Source of the DNA: Thermoplasmatota archaeon
GTDB lineage: Archaea; Thermoplasmatota; Thermoplasmata; Thermoplasmatales; ARK-15
Direction: 5' to 3'
Assembly (NCBI GenBank): GCA_031961605.1
Contig: JAVRLH010000001.1
Coordinates: 1 to 51,967 of the forward strand
DNA length: 51,967 bases
The notes beneath the pieces are model-generated. The model was given only the letters and a program-made list of their open reading frames with translations, was not told the origin of the DNA and made no database searches. Shown here piece after piece: positions 1 to 8,767 of this stretch (positions within the stretch are counted from its first letter, which is position 1; the number at the start of each line of letters is the position of its first letter). The position numbers were made by a program, and so were the translations under genes.

Positions 1-367
1 TCCTCTTTTTCTTGTTTATCTCTTCTCTGGCCTTTCCATTTTTCAACAAAATTCTATGGATTCTATTATGTGGAATATGAATACCATATTCAGATTCAAT
101 TATCTTTTCAAGCCTAACAGCTCCTAATTTCTGTTCATTATGAACAGAAAGTATTATTTTCTCAATATTGTCATCAATGTTTAACATTTTTCTACCACTC
201 CTTTTGATTTCTATTGGTTCTCCATAATTTAACCAGTGGATCCATACCCTTTTCACAGTTGATACGCTTATTTTCAGATCCCTTGCAATCTGCTTGTAGC
301 TCTGTCCTTTTCTTTTCGCTCTGATAATGTAGTTTATCTTGCGTTTGTTCAGCTTTGGAGGACCCAT
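1..367 (-). mobile_element. IS481/IS3-like transposase gene, N-terminal part (HTH plus start of integrase-core region), truncated by the window edge
   Basis: My translation from the ATG at 367-365 is open to position 1: MGPPKLNKRKINYIIRAKRKGQSYKQIARDLKISVSTVKRVWIHWLNYGEPIEIKRSGRKML...GAVRLEKIIESEYGIHIPHNRIHRILLKNGKAREEINKKKR. This is the typical HTH / 'tv.riL...gl' layout of rve-type IS transposases. It is absent from the ORF track because it runs off the edge. Confidence 0.7.
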
Positions 368-447
368 ATTTGGGTATGGGCTTTTTATAGTCAAGGATTT
401 CGGGACAGTACACTGAAAGAATTCATTAAAAAACTTTAATTTTTTTA

Positions 448-834
448 ATGATAATCTTAACAACACAGCAGGCGGCAATTGCATCTGCAATCGTAGTTAT
501 ACTTTACGGTATACTCTATGAAAAAAGAGTAACATACACAAGCATTCTTTTCAACATAATGAGCTTCCTGGTCCTTCTTGCAGGTACAAATTTGCCTTTA
601 TCCGTTTTCCTTGTTTTGCTTGGATATACAATAATTGGTTACGTTGTTGCAAAGCTCAAAATCAAAACAATCTTTCCCTTTTTTGGATCAAAATCTTTCG
701 GATCTTTAATGCTTGTAATTGTTCTTGGTTCATCTGGTCTGATATTTGGTATATACAGTGTTGAAAGTGTTATCATTTCATGGATAATCGTATTTGTTTT
801 TGTTTATTCAATATACTATTTCCTTAATCAATAG
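448..834 (+). CDS. small integral membrane protein (about 4 TM helices), function unknown
   Basis: The 128-aa ORF is almost entirely hydrophobic segments. It sits directly upstream of the NfeD/stomatin genes on the same strand. Confidence 0.55.
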   Translation: MIILTTQQAAIASAIVVILYGILYEKRVTYTSILFNIMSFLVLLAGTNLPLSVFLVLLGYTIIGYVVAKLKIKTIFPFFGSKSFGSLMLVIVLGSSGLIFGIYSVESVIISWIIVFVFVYSIYYFLNQ

Positions 835-849
835 ATTTAATAATAGGAA

Positions 850-2136
850 ATGTTATTTAAAAAATTGATGAGGATAAGTGTCTTGTTTATAACAGCTCTA
901 TTCGCAACAATTTTAATTTTAAGCGTGAGCGGTAATTCACAGAATGCACAGCAGGTAATGGTTATAAATTTCAATATGAGTGTGGATCCGGGTGCCGTAT
1001 CCCTTTTTCAGAGGAGCTTTAATTATGCATTATCTAATAATATACATTACGTTATAATAGAAATGAACACGCCAGGTGGATTAATGGATTCCATGTTATC
1101 CATAGTAAGTTTAATCCAGCAGGCTGAAAAAAATATTACAGTAATAACTTATGTTCCTGTGGGTGGTATGGCAGCATCCGCAGGATCCTACATTGCCATG
1201 GCATCCGATTATATCTTCATGGCAAATGGAACATTCATAGGTCCATCAACACCATACATTGAAGGCGTACCATCAAACACCTCGGAAACACAGCATGTTG
1301 TTAATGCTTCCCTTGCTCTGATGGAATCTCTTGCCCAGGAACATAACAGGAATGTTTCAGCAGTTATTCCCATGGTTGAGAACAATGTTGCATATACTGC
1401 ACAGCAGGCATATGGATTGAATGTTATAAACGGTCTTTCAGACTCTCTCTCAAATTTACTTGCAAGGTTAAATCTAACAAATGCAGGCATTATTTATGAG
1501 AACCCATCTTTTTATGATCAATTTGTTAGCTTTATAAGCAATGCAACAGTTGATGGTCTTCTCATCACTCTTGGTATAATTGCAATCCTTCTTGATCTTT
1601 ACCATGCAACAGTTCTATTAACAATAGTTGGTGTAATATCACTTTTACTTGGATTCTGGGGATCGGAATTGATAAGCGGTAATGCTGTTGCAATTATTCT
1701 TTTCATAATAGCTGCTGGTTTAATAATAGCTGAAATAAAGGTTTCACATGGTATATTCCTTATTGTGGGTGTTTTACTTGCCATATTTGCAACATGGCTT
1801 CTTGCGTCCGGTGTAAGTTATTCCCCCGGTCCATTTTCCCTCTCCTCCTATCTTGTTTTCACAGGTGAAGGAATTGTTGCATTTGTAGGTGCATATTACC
1901 TAAACTGGATTAGAAAAGCTTTAAGAACAGCACCAAAGACAGGGCCAGAAACGATAATTGGTAAATCTGGTTTTGTTGTGAGTGATCTCTCACCAGAGGG
2001 TGAGATCAGGGTGAATGGAATAATATGGAGGGCAAGGTCAAAATCTGGCCAAGTTATAAAAGCAGGGAAAAAGGTAAAGGTTGTTGAAAGGGAGGGTCTG
2101 GTTTTGATTGTGGAGGAGGAGAATGATGGAAATTAA
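850..2136 (+). CDS. NfeD-family membrane-bound serine protease (ClpP-class, stomatin-specific protease type) with C-terminal NfeD OB-fold
   Basis: Signal/TM segment, then a ClpP-like domain (IIEMNTPGGLMDS, AASAGSYIAMA), multiple TM helices and a C-terminal GKSGFVVSDLSPEGEIRVNGIIWRARS motif. Classic pairing with stomatin. Confidence 0.85.
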   Translation: MLFKKLMRISVLFITALFATILILSVSGNSQNAQQVMVINFNMSVDPGAVSLFQRSFNYALSNNIHYVIIEMNTPGGLMDSMLSIVSLIQQAEKNITVITYVPVGGMAASAGSYIAMASDYIFMANGTFIGPSTPYIEGVPSNTSETQHVVNASLALMESLAQEHNRNVSAVIPMVENNVAYTAQQAYGLNVINGLSDSLSNLLARLNLTNAGIIYENPSFYDQFVSFISNATVDGLLITLGIIAILLDLYHATVLLTIVGVISLLLGFWGSELISGNAVAIILFIIAAGLIIAEIKVSHGIFLIVGVLLAIFATWLLASGVSYSPGPFSLSSYLVFTGEGIVAFVGAYYLNWIRKALRTAPKTGPETIIGKSGFVVSDLSPEGEIRVNGIIWRARSKSGQVIKAGKKVKVVEREGLVLIVEEENDGN

Positions 2137-2533
2137 TGGAAGAAACATTGTTATATTTTTGCTTAAGATTGTTGACATTCTGATCCTTATTCTCATGTTT
2201 TATGCAATAGCCATGCTTATATACACAAATTATCAGTCCTTTGACATTATTCCATTTTCTATTTATGGTTTACTTGCCGTTGGGTCATTCCTTCTTTTCT
2301 ACTATGTAAGAAAAATATTTACAACAATGGAAACCAAACCACTTGCTGGACCTGAGGCCATGGTCGGTAAAATTGGTACGGTAACAAGCGATTTGAATCC
2401 TGCTGGTGAAATAAAAGTTGAAGGCATAATATGGAAGGCTGTTATGGAGGATAGATCAAGCTGTTTAAAGGGTGAAAAGGTAATTGTAACAGGTTTTGAA
2501 AACCTGCAGTTAAAAGTGAGAAAGATTAATTAA
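2108..2533 (+). CDS. short NfeD-like membrane protein (TM helices plus OB-fold NfeD domain)
   Basis: C-terminal GKIGTVTSDLNPAGEIKVEGIIWKAV parallels the NfeD domain of the upstream gene. The true start is probably the ATG at 2123 or 2126, overlapping the upstream stop. Confidence 0.75.
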   Translation: MWRRRMMEINGRNIVIFLLKIVDILILILMFYAIAMLIYTNYQSFDIIPFSIYGLLAVGSFLLFYYVRKIFTTMETKPLAGPEAMVGKIGTVTSDLNPAGEIKVEGIIWKAVMEDRSSCLKGEKVIVTGFENLQLKVRKIN

Positions 2534-2548
2534 TACGTAAGAAATTAT

Positions 2549-3403
2549 ATGATCGGTGATATTATGGATGTTGCAACAGCAATTGGTTTAGGAATTCTGG
2601 TATTTATAGTTCTAATATTCTTCCTTTCAGGCATAAGGATATACAGGGAATGGGAGAGGGCACCATACCTTGTCCTTGGAAGGTTTAGGGGATTTAAGGG
2701 TCCAGGAATTGTTTACATTGTTCCAATTATAGGTAAGGTTCCATTCATTATTTCAACAAGGCTGCAAACCCAGGCGTTCAAAACTGAACAAACATTAACA
2801 AAGGATAATGTTCCAGTGAACGTTGATGCTGTTATGTATTTCCAGCCTGTTGATCTTCAAAAGGTTGTTCTTAACGTTGAGGATTATATGATTGCAACAA
2901 CACTTGCAGCCCAGACAACATTGAGGGAAGTGATAGGTGGAGTTACACTCGATGAGTTACTTGCTGAAAGGGAAAAGATTGGTGCAAATGCCAGAAACAT
3001 TATTGATAGCAAAACTGAAACATGGGGAATAAAGGTAACAGCAGTGGAAATAAGAGATATACTAATTCCCCAGGCGCTTCAGGAAGCAATGGCAAGACAG
3101 GCAGCGGCAGAGAGAGAAAGAAGGGCAAGAGTGACGCTCGCCCTCGCTGAATACGAGGCAGCAAACAAGATGATTGAAGCTGCCAGTTTGTATGAGAAAA
3201 GTAAGTTTGGTCTTGAGCTCAGATGGATGAATATACTCTATGAACTGGGGCTTCAGGGAAAAGGCACACTAATGCTTATACCTACTAATCTTATGCCCGC
3301 GGGACCAGGAGCTATTAGCCCTTATGGTATAGTTGGATTGAGGGAAGTTGTAGAGGGAATTGGTGGAACTGAAACAAAGAAGGAAGAGAAAAAGGAAGGG
3401 TGA
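2549..3403 (+). CDS. stomatin / prohibitin-family (SPFH, band 7) protein
   Basis: N-terminal TM, then an SPFH core (REWERAPYLVLGRF..GPGIVYIVP...TKDNVPVNVDAVMYFQ...RDILIPQALQEAMARQAAAERERRA). Confidence 0.9.
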   Translation: MIGDIMDVATAIGLGILVFIVLIFFLSGIRIYREWERAPYLVLGRFRGFKGPGIVYIVPIIGKVPFIISTRLQTQAFKTEQTLTKDNVPVNVDAVMYFQPVDLQKVVLNVEDYMIATTLAAQTTLREVIGGVTLDELLAEREKIGANARNIIDSKTETWGIKVTAVEIRDILIPQALQEAMARQAAAERERRARVTLALAEYEAANKMIEAASLYEKSKFGLELRWMNILYELGLQGKGTLMLIPTNLMPAGPGAISPYGIVGLREVVEGIGGTETKKEEKKEG

Positions 3404-3556
3404 TTAACAATAAAAGTCCTAGTTACCTTTCCTGTTGAAGAAAAATATAGAAGGATAGGGGAAGAGATACTTGGAAAAAACATAATATGGTACCCTGAAA
3501 AGGGTACCGCAGAAATTTTCTTAATCCTTAATGAACCTTTTCCTTCCGATGAAAAT

Positions 3557-4330
3557 GTGAAAATGATACAGACTATTTCTGCAGGTGTTGATCATCTAAA
3601 TCTTGAAAGAACAAAAAAGGAAACGATTGTATGTAGCAATGCAGGAGCATATGCTATTTCCGTTGCTGAACATGTATTTTCTTTGATACTCTGTGCCATG
3701 AAGAAGATAATTGAAAGGAATGGTGAAATGAAAGCGGGTATTTTCAATCCTGAAACAACAAAATTATTGTACAAAAAAAATATAGGAATTGTTGGTTATG
3801 GTGGTATTGGAAGAAGGGTTGCAATAATAGCAAAGGCATTCGACATGAATGTTATTGCAATAACAAGGGATAAAGGTGATGAAAATTCTGATGAAACTTA
3901 TGAACTAAAGGATCTTGTTAATGTTGTTGAAAAATCTGATATTGTTTTAATTTCAATTCCCTTAACAAAACACACTGAAAATATTTTCAACTATGAAATA
4001 CTTAAAAGAATCAAGAAGGATGGTATACTTGTTAACGTTGCAAGGGCTGAGATTGTTGTAAAGGAAGATCTATTGAGAATATTGAAGGAAAGAAAGGATA
4101 TAATGTACCTTTCAGATGTTTGGTGGGATGAACCGGATGTGAAGGATACAAACATAGAGAATGCAATTCTCACGCCCCATATTGCTGGTGGAAAATCTGG
4201 AGAGATCATGGAAATTGCATTCAGGGAAGCGTTCCTGAACATAAAAAGATTCATTGATGGAGAGAGACCAAAAAATATTGTAAAAAGGGAGGAATACAAA
4301 AAGATTGAAAGAAAAAATGTTGGAGTATAA
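3557..4330 (+). CDS. D-isomer-specific 2-hydroxyacid dehydrogenase family protein; the conserved N-terminus extends upstream to ~3410 without a canonical start
   Basis: NAD-binding GIVGYGGIGRRVA and C-terminal LTPHIAG motif. The first ATG/GTG/TTG in frame is the GTG at 3557. The frame is open back to the stomatin TGA and encodes IKVLVTFPVEEKY..., a typical N-terminus for this family. Confidence 0.8.
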   Translation: MKMIQTISAGVDHLNLERTKKETIVCSNAGAYAISVAEHVFSLILCAMKKIIERNGEMKAGIFNPETTKLLYKKNIGIVGYGGIGRRVAIIAKAFDMNVIAITRDKGDENSDETYELKDLVNVVEKSDIVLISIPLTKHTENIFNYEILKRIKKDGILVNVARAEIVVKEDLLRILKERKDIMYLSDVWWDEPDVKDTNIENAILTPHIAGGKSGEIMEIAFREAFLNIKRFIDGERPKNIVKREEYKKIERKNVGV

Positions 4331-4331
4331 A

Positions 4332-5603
4332 TTAACCAGAAAGGTACTTTTCAAGCATTTTTATTGCACAAAGTTCTCCGCACATTGTACATACCTTTTC
4401 CTCCTTTGGATACCTGGATTTTCTTATTCTTATGGCATTTTCCTTATCAATTGATAAATTAAGCTGTGTTGTCCAGTCGAGCCTTCCCCTCGCCTCGCTC
4501 ATCAATCTATCCATTTCATAATCATCGCTGAATTTTGTTAAATTAACAGTATGTGCTGCAATTTTCATTGCAATTGCACCCTGATAAACCTCCTCAGGGT
4601 TTGGAAGGGCAAGATGTTCAGCAGGTGTAACATAACATAAGAAATCTGCACCATAAAGTGCAGCAATTGCACCTCCTATTGCTGCATTTATATGATCGTA
4701 GCCAGATGCGATATCCGTAACAAGGGGTCCGAGGACATAAAATGGTGCACCATCAGTTAAAATTTTCTCAATTTTTATATGAGTTTCAATCTGATCTATT
4801 GGAACATGACCAGGTCCTTCAACCATTGTCTGTACATTTTTATTCCTTGCAAATTTAAGTAGCCTTGATATGTTTAATAATTCACTCATCTGGTATTCAT
4901 CACCTGAATCTGGCAAACCACCCGGTCTTAAAGCATCACCCAAACTTAGAACAGCATCGTATTCCTTTGCTATATCCAGTAAATATTCAAAATCCTTAAA
5001 AAGAGGATTCTCTTTTTTGTGGTAAAGCATCCAGGATGCAAGGAATGTACCTCCCCTGCTAACAATACCAACAGTCCTTTTATTAATTTTCATCCTTTCA
5101 ACAAGATCCTTTGTTATTCCAGCATGAACGGTTATGAAATCTATACCTTCCTTCAAATGTTCCTCTATTGTTTTGAAAATTGTATCCTCATCCATTTCAA
5201 CTATCGCTTTATTTTGCATAAGCATTTTAACACCTGTTTCGTAGATAGGCACCGTCCCAACAGGAATTTTTGAAATTTTCATTATTTCATTCCTAACTTT
5301 CTTAAGATTTAAACTTGTGCTGAGATCCATGACCGTATCAGCTATGTTTTCAATCCTCCTGAATTTCTCAATTTCTTCTTCTGGAATATCATGGTCAAGG
5401 CTCGTACCAATGTTAACGTTTATCTTTACTCTTAAACAATTGCCGATTCCAACAGGATCTATTTTATGTAACATGTTTTTAAGGATAACCACTTTGCCTG
5501 AAGCAATATTCCTCATAATTTTTTCTTTATCAACACCCTCTTTTTTTGAGATGTATAAAATTTCATCCGTCGGAATGCCTTTCTTTGCACTTTCCATTTG
5601 CAT
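4332..5603 (-). CDS. thiC: phosphomethylpyrimidine synthase ThiC (radical SAM)
   Basis: 423 aa with ThiC-like sequence throughout and the C-terminal CTMCGELCA Fe-S motif. Confidence 0.92.
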   Translation of the reverse strand: MQMESAKKGIPTDEILYISKKEGVDKEKIMRNIASGKVVILKNMLHKIDPVGIGNCLRVKINVNIGTSLDHDIPEEEIEKFRRIENIADTVMDLSTSLNLKKVRNEIMKISKIPVGTVPIYETGVKMLMQNKAIVEMDEDTIFKTIEEHLKEGIDFITVHAGITKDLVERMKINKRTVGIVSRGGTFLASWMLYHKKENPLFKDFEYLLDIAKEYDAVLSLGDALRPGGLPDSGDEYQMSELLNISRLLKFARNKNVQTMVEGPGHVPIDQIETHIKIEKILTDGAPFYVLGPLVTDIASGYDHINAAIGGAIAALYGADFLCYVTPAEHLALPNPEEVYQGAIAMKIAAHTVNLTKFSDDYEMDRLMSEARGRLDWTTQLNLSIDKENAIRIRKSRYPKEEKVCTMCGELCAIKMLEKYLSG

Positions 5604-5696
5604 ATTTTCTATTATTAATGAATATTATTTAAAGATTATCATTGAAAAATTTAAATTAACAGAAAAATTTTATATGAAAAAATATTACTAATTAAT
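5604..5696. promoter_or_regulatory. divergent thiC / HTH-ThiN promoter region with TATA-like boxes and a pair of inverted AT-rich motifs next to each start codon
   Basis: ATTATTAATGAATATTAT (5611-5628) and AATATTACTAATTAAT (5681-5696) are approximate inverted copies, each lying between a TTTATAT/TTTAAATA box and its start codon. The high AT content makes chance similarity plausible. Confidence 0.3.
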
Positions 5697-6560
5697 ATGT
5701 ATCCACCATGCGTGTCAGTGAACGAATTTTTAATACCTGAAGTAAGGAAAAGGGTATCAAAAAAATTAAAGGCAAGGGGTATGAAGGAGAATGATATAGC
5801 AAAAAAATTGAGGATTTCACAGGGAATGGTAAGCAGATACCTTTCTATGGATAATAATTCATTACTTGATAAATTTGCTGAAAATATAAGCCAGGAATTA
5901 TCTGATAGAATAATTCAAAACTACAGTGAAATAGAGAACACTGAACTTTTCTGCGAACACTGTATGAAAATAAGAAAATCACTTGAATTCTGCAATTTTC
6001 ATAGTATTGAAAACTGTTCATTATGTTCCTATCTTTACAGCCCTGAGAGAAACATTGAAAAGAGCAAGGTTATTAAGGAGCTTAAGGATGCTGTTTCAAT
6101 ACTTTCAAAATACAACGTTGATGAAATAATTCCGCAGGTAAGAACAAACATTGCATACTCTTTGCCAGATCCAAAGGATCTTATGGACATAGCGGCATTC
6201 CCAGGAAGGATATCATCCTTCAGGGGTAAAATCATATATTTTGGGGATCCTGAATTCGGTGCTAGCACACATCTATCAAAAATTCTTTTAAATTCTGGGA
6301 TAAAAGGAAAAAGGTGTGTGATGAACATAAGGTATGATAAAAGATTTGAGGAAAAAATGAAAAATATTGACCTCCAACTTGTAGAATTTGATAGGGAAAA
6401 GTCCAGGGAAATTGAAAATTTTGTAAAAAACATTGATTTTGATTATGATGCAATAATCGATGAAGGATCGTTCGGCATTGAACCAACGATATACATATTT
6501 GGTAAGGATCCAAAGGATGTAATAAATATTGTTACAAAATTGATGGATGTGAAAGAATGA
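5697..6560 (+). CDS. HTH DNA-binding domain fused to a ThiN domain (ThiR-like thiamine regulator, or ThiN-type thiamine-phosphate synthase)
   Basis: N-terminal HTH (NDIAKKLRISQGMVSRYL), a central Cys cluster (CEHC...C.FH...C..C) and a C-terminal ThiN-like domain (VRTNIAYSLPDPKD..AFPGRI). Its stop overlaps the thiM start (ATGA). Confidence 0.7.
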   Translation: MYPPCVSVNEFLIPEVRKRVSKKLKARGMKENDIAKKLRISQGMVSRYLSMDNNSLLDKFAENISQELSDRIIQNYSEIENTELFCEHCMKIRKSLEFCNFHSIENCSLCSYLYSPERNIEKSKVIKELKDAVSILSKYNVDEIIPQVRTNIAYSLPDPKDLMDIAAFPGRISSFRGKIIYFGDPEFGASTHLSKILLNSGIKGKRCVMNIRYDKRFEEKMKNIDLQLVEFDREKSREIENFVKNIDFDYDAIIDEGSFGIEPTIYIFGKDPKDVINIVTKLMDVKE

Positions 6561-7339
6561 ACTATTATGATGATCTTCTTGAAATAAAAAAAAGAAAGCC
6601 ATTGGTTCACCATATAACAAATTATGTTGTTATGAACGACAGTGCAAACATAACACTTGCACTTGGTGCATCGCCAATAATGGCTCATGCGATTGAAGAA
6701 CTTGAGGATCTCATAAAGATTGCATCTGTTCTGTATATTAACATAGGAACACTTGACAGGCAATGGATAGAGTCAATGAAAGAGGCTGGAAAAATAGCAG
6801 AAAAATACAATGTTCCAGTCCTTCTCGATCCAGTTGGTGCTGGAGCCTCAAAACTGAGAACTGAAACAACATTTTCAATGCTCGAAAATTTTCCAGTATC
6901 AATTTTAAAGGGCAATGGAGGTGAAATGTTAGCCCTTTCTGGAAAAGAGGGTGGTGTAAAGGGTGTTGATTCACTTGTAAGCGCGGATATTAATACTGCA
7001 GATATTCTTGCACAAAAATTTGACCTAACGGCTGTTATAACTGGAAAGATTGATGTAATTTCTGATGGTAAAAGAAAAGCACTTGTGGAAAACGGTTCAG
7101 AATTTTTCCAGTACATAACAGGTTCGGGCTGTATGGTTGGATCCGTTATTTCATCATTTCTTGGTACGTTTAAAGATCCATTCAGGGCAAGCATTGATGG
7201 TCTTGTTACGTTCAACATTGCAGGAGAAATTGCAGAGAAAAAATCGAATGGCCCTGGATCGTTTAGGGAAATACTAATGGATGAAATATATAATATGGAT
7301 GAAGAAAAGTATAAACTTGCAAGGGTGCGTTTTCTATGA
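6557..7339 (+). CDS. thiM: hydroxyethylthiazole kinase ThiM
   Basis: PLVHHITNYVVMNDSANITLALGASPIM and ITGSGCMVG motifs. Sits in the thiamine operon. Confidence 0.9.
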   Translation: MNYYDDLLEIKKRKPLVHHITNYVVMNDSANITLALGASPIMAHAIEELEDLIKIASVLYINIGTLDRQWIESMKEAGKIAEKYNVPVLLDPVGAGASKLRTETTFSMLENFPVSILKGNGGEMLALSGKEGGVKGVDSLVSADINTADILAQKFDLTAVITGKIDVISDGKRKALVENGSEFFQYITGSGCMVGSVISSFLGTFKDPFRASIDGLVTFNIAGEIAEKKSNGPGSFREILMDEIYNMDEEKYKLARVRFL

Positions 7340-7950
7340 TTGAAATGCCAAGAGGAATCTATGGTATAACATCAAACGAATTTGGAATGGATCATATTGA
7401 AACTGCAAAGATTCTCCTTGATGCTGGAATTAAAATAATACAGTACAGGGAAAAAAAGGCATCAACAAGAAAAATGTATGAAGAAGCCATGGAAATAAAG
7501 GATCTATGCAAAAAATATGATGCTATTTTCATAGTAAACGATAGGCTTGATATAGCATTTGCTGCTGATGCGGATGGTGTCCATCTTGGACAGGATGATA
7601 TGCCAATACAGATAGCAAAAAAATTCTTCGGAAATAAAATAATTGGAATTTCTGCAAGGAATGTTAGGGAGGCTATTGAAGCACAGGAGAATGGTGCAAC
7701 TTACCTTGGTGTTGGATCAATTTTTCCAACAGGAACCAAGGCGGACAGTGAGGTAATAGGTCTTGAAGAATTTGAAAGGATAGTGAAAATATCAAAAGTA
7801 CCAATATTTGCAATAGGCGGGATTAAGATGGAGCATGTTGATATATTCAAAAAATACAAAATTCATGGAATTGCTGTAATTTCAGGTATTCTTGCATCAA
7901 AGGATCCTTTGAGCACTGCAAAAGAATTTCAGAGAAGGTGGTTTGAATGA
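7336..7950 (+). CDS. thiE: thiamine-phosphate synthase ThiE
   Basis: 204 aa with ThiE-like IVNDRLDIA..ADGVHLGQDD and IGGI motifs. The start overlaps the thiM stop. Confidence 0.9.
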   Translation: MIEMPRGIYGITSNEFGMDHIETAKILLDAGIKIIQYREKKASTRKMYEEAMEIKDLCKKYDAIFIVNDRLDIAFAADADGVHLGQDDMPIQIAKKFFGNKIIGISARNVREAIEAQENGATYLGVGSIFPTGTKADSEVIGLEEFERIVKISKVPIFAIGGIKMEHVDIFKKYKIHGIAVISGILASKDPLSTAKEFQRRWFE

Positions 7951-8735
7951 ATTTTGCAATAACAATAGCAGGATCGGATTCAATAGCAGGTGCTGGAATA
8001 CAGGAGGATCTGAAAACATGCACAATGCTTGGTGTTTACTGTGCAACAGTTATAACATCAGTAACCGCACAGAATTCATACGAGGTAAGGGGCATTCATG
8101 ATATACCACCAGAGATGGTTGAATTGCAGATAGATACAGTCCTTTCAGACATACCAATAAAGTATGGTAAAACAGGCATGCTAAGCAATGCAAATATAAT
8201 TGAAATTGTTTCAAAAAGTATAAAAAAACATTCATTGAGCATGGTTGTTGATCCTGTTATGGTTTCAAAGTCAGGGTCAAGGTTGTTGAGGGAGGATGCA
8301 GTGGAAAGCTTGATAAAAGATCTTATTCCCATTTCATTTTTTGTTACACCGAACATACCTGAGGCTGAAGTTATCACGGGATTGAAAATAAAAAATGATG
8401 ATGACATGTTCATTGCTGCAAAGGAAATAAAAAAGCTTGGTGTTAATTTTGTTGTTGTAAAGGGAGGACACATGGATGGAAAGAATGTTACAGATGTTCT
8501 ATATGATGGAAAGGAATACAAAAAATTTGTTTATCCAAGGATAAGGACAAAAAACACACATGGATCCGGATGCACATTATCATCAGCAATTTCATCGTAT
8601 CTTGCAAAGGGTTATGATCCTATTGTTTCATATTCAAAAGCAAGATCCTTCCTTCAAATGGCGATAGAACACAACCTTGAGGTAGGAAGGGGTCATGGCC
8701 CTCTCAATCCAATGTATAAAATCAAGTTTCAATAA
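7947..8735 (+). CDS. thiD: hydroxymethylpyrimidine / phosphomethylpyrimidine kinase ThiD
   Basis: ITIAGSDSIAGAGIQEDLKT N-terminal signature and HGSGCTLSSAI. Overlaps the thiE stop. Confidence 0.9.
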   Translation: MNFAITIAGSDSIAGAGIQEDLKTCTMLGVYCATVITSVTAQNSYEVRGIHDIPPEMVELQIDTVLSDIPIKYGKTGMLSNANIIEIVSKSIKKHSLSMVVDPVMVSKSGSRLLREDAVESLIKDLIPISFFVTPNIPEAEVITGLKIKNDDDMFIAAKEIKKLGVNFVVVKGGHMDGKNVTDVLYDGKEYKKFVYPRIRTKNTHGSGCTLSSAISSYLAKGYDPIVSYSKARSFLQMAIEHNLEVGRGHGPLNPMYKIKFQ

Positions 8736-8767
8736 ATTTTTATAATTAACGAATATTCAAAAAGACT

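Noticed and set aside
192-413. 73-aa minus-strand ORF from the track
   Set aside because: It is out of frame with, and fully contained in, the region whose alternative frame gives a clean HTH-transposase N-terminus starting at 367. It is low complexity with no recognisable motif.
5604-5696. Possible TPP riboswitch upstream of thiC
   Set aside because: The spacer is only 93 nt and almost pure A/T. It lacks the conserved CUGAGA and ACCUGAUCUGGAUAAUGCC-type elements and any GC-paired helices.
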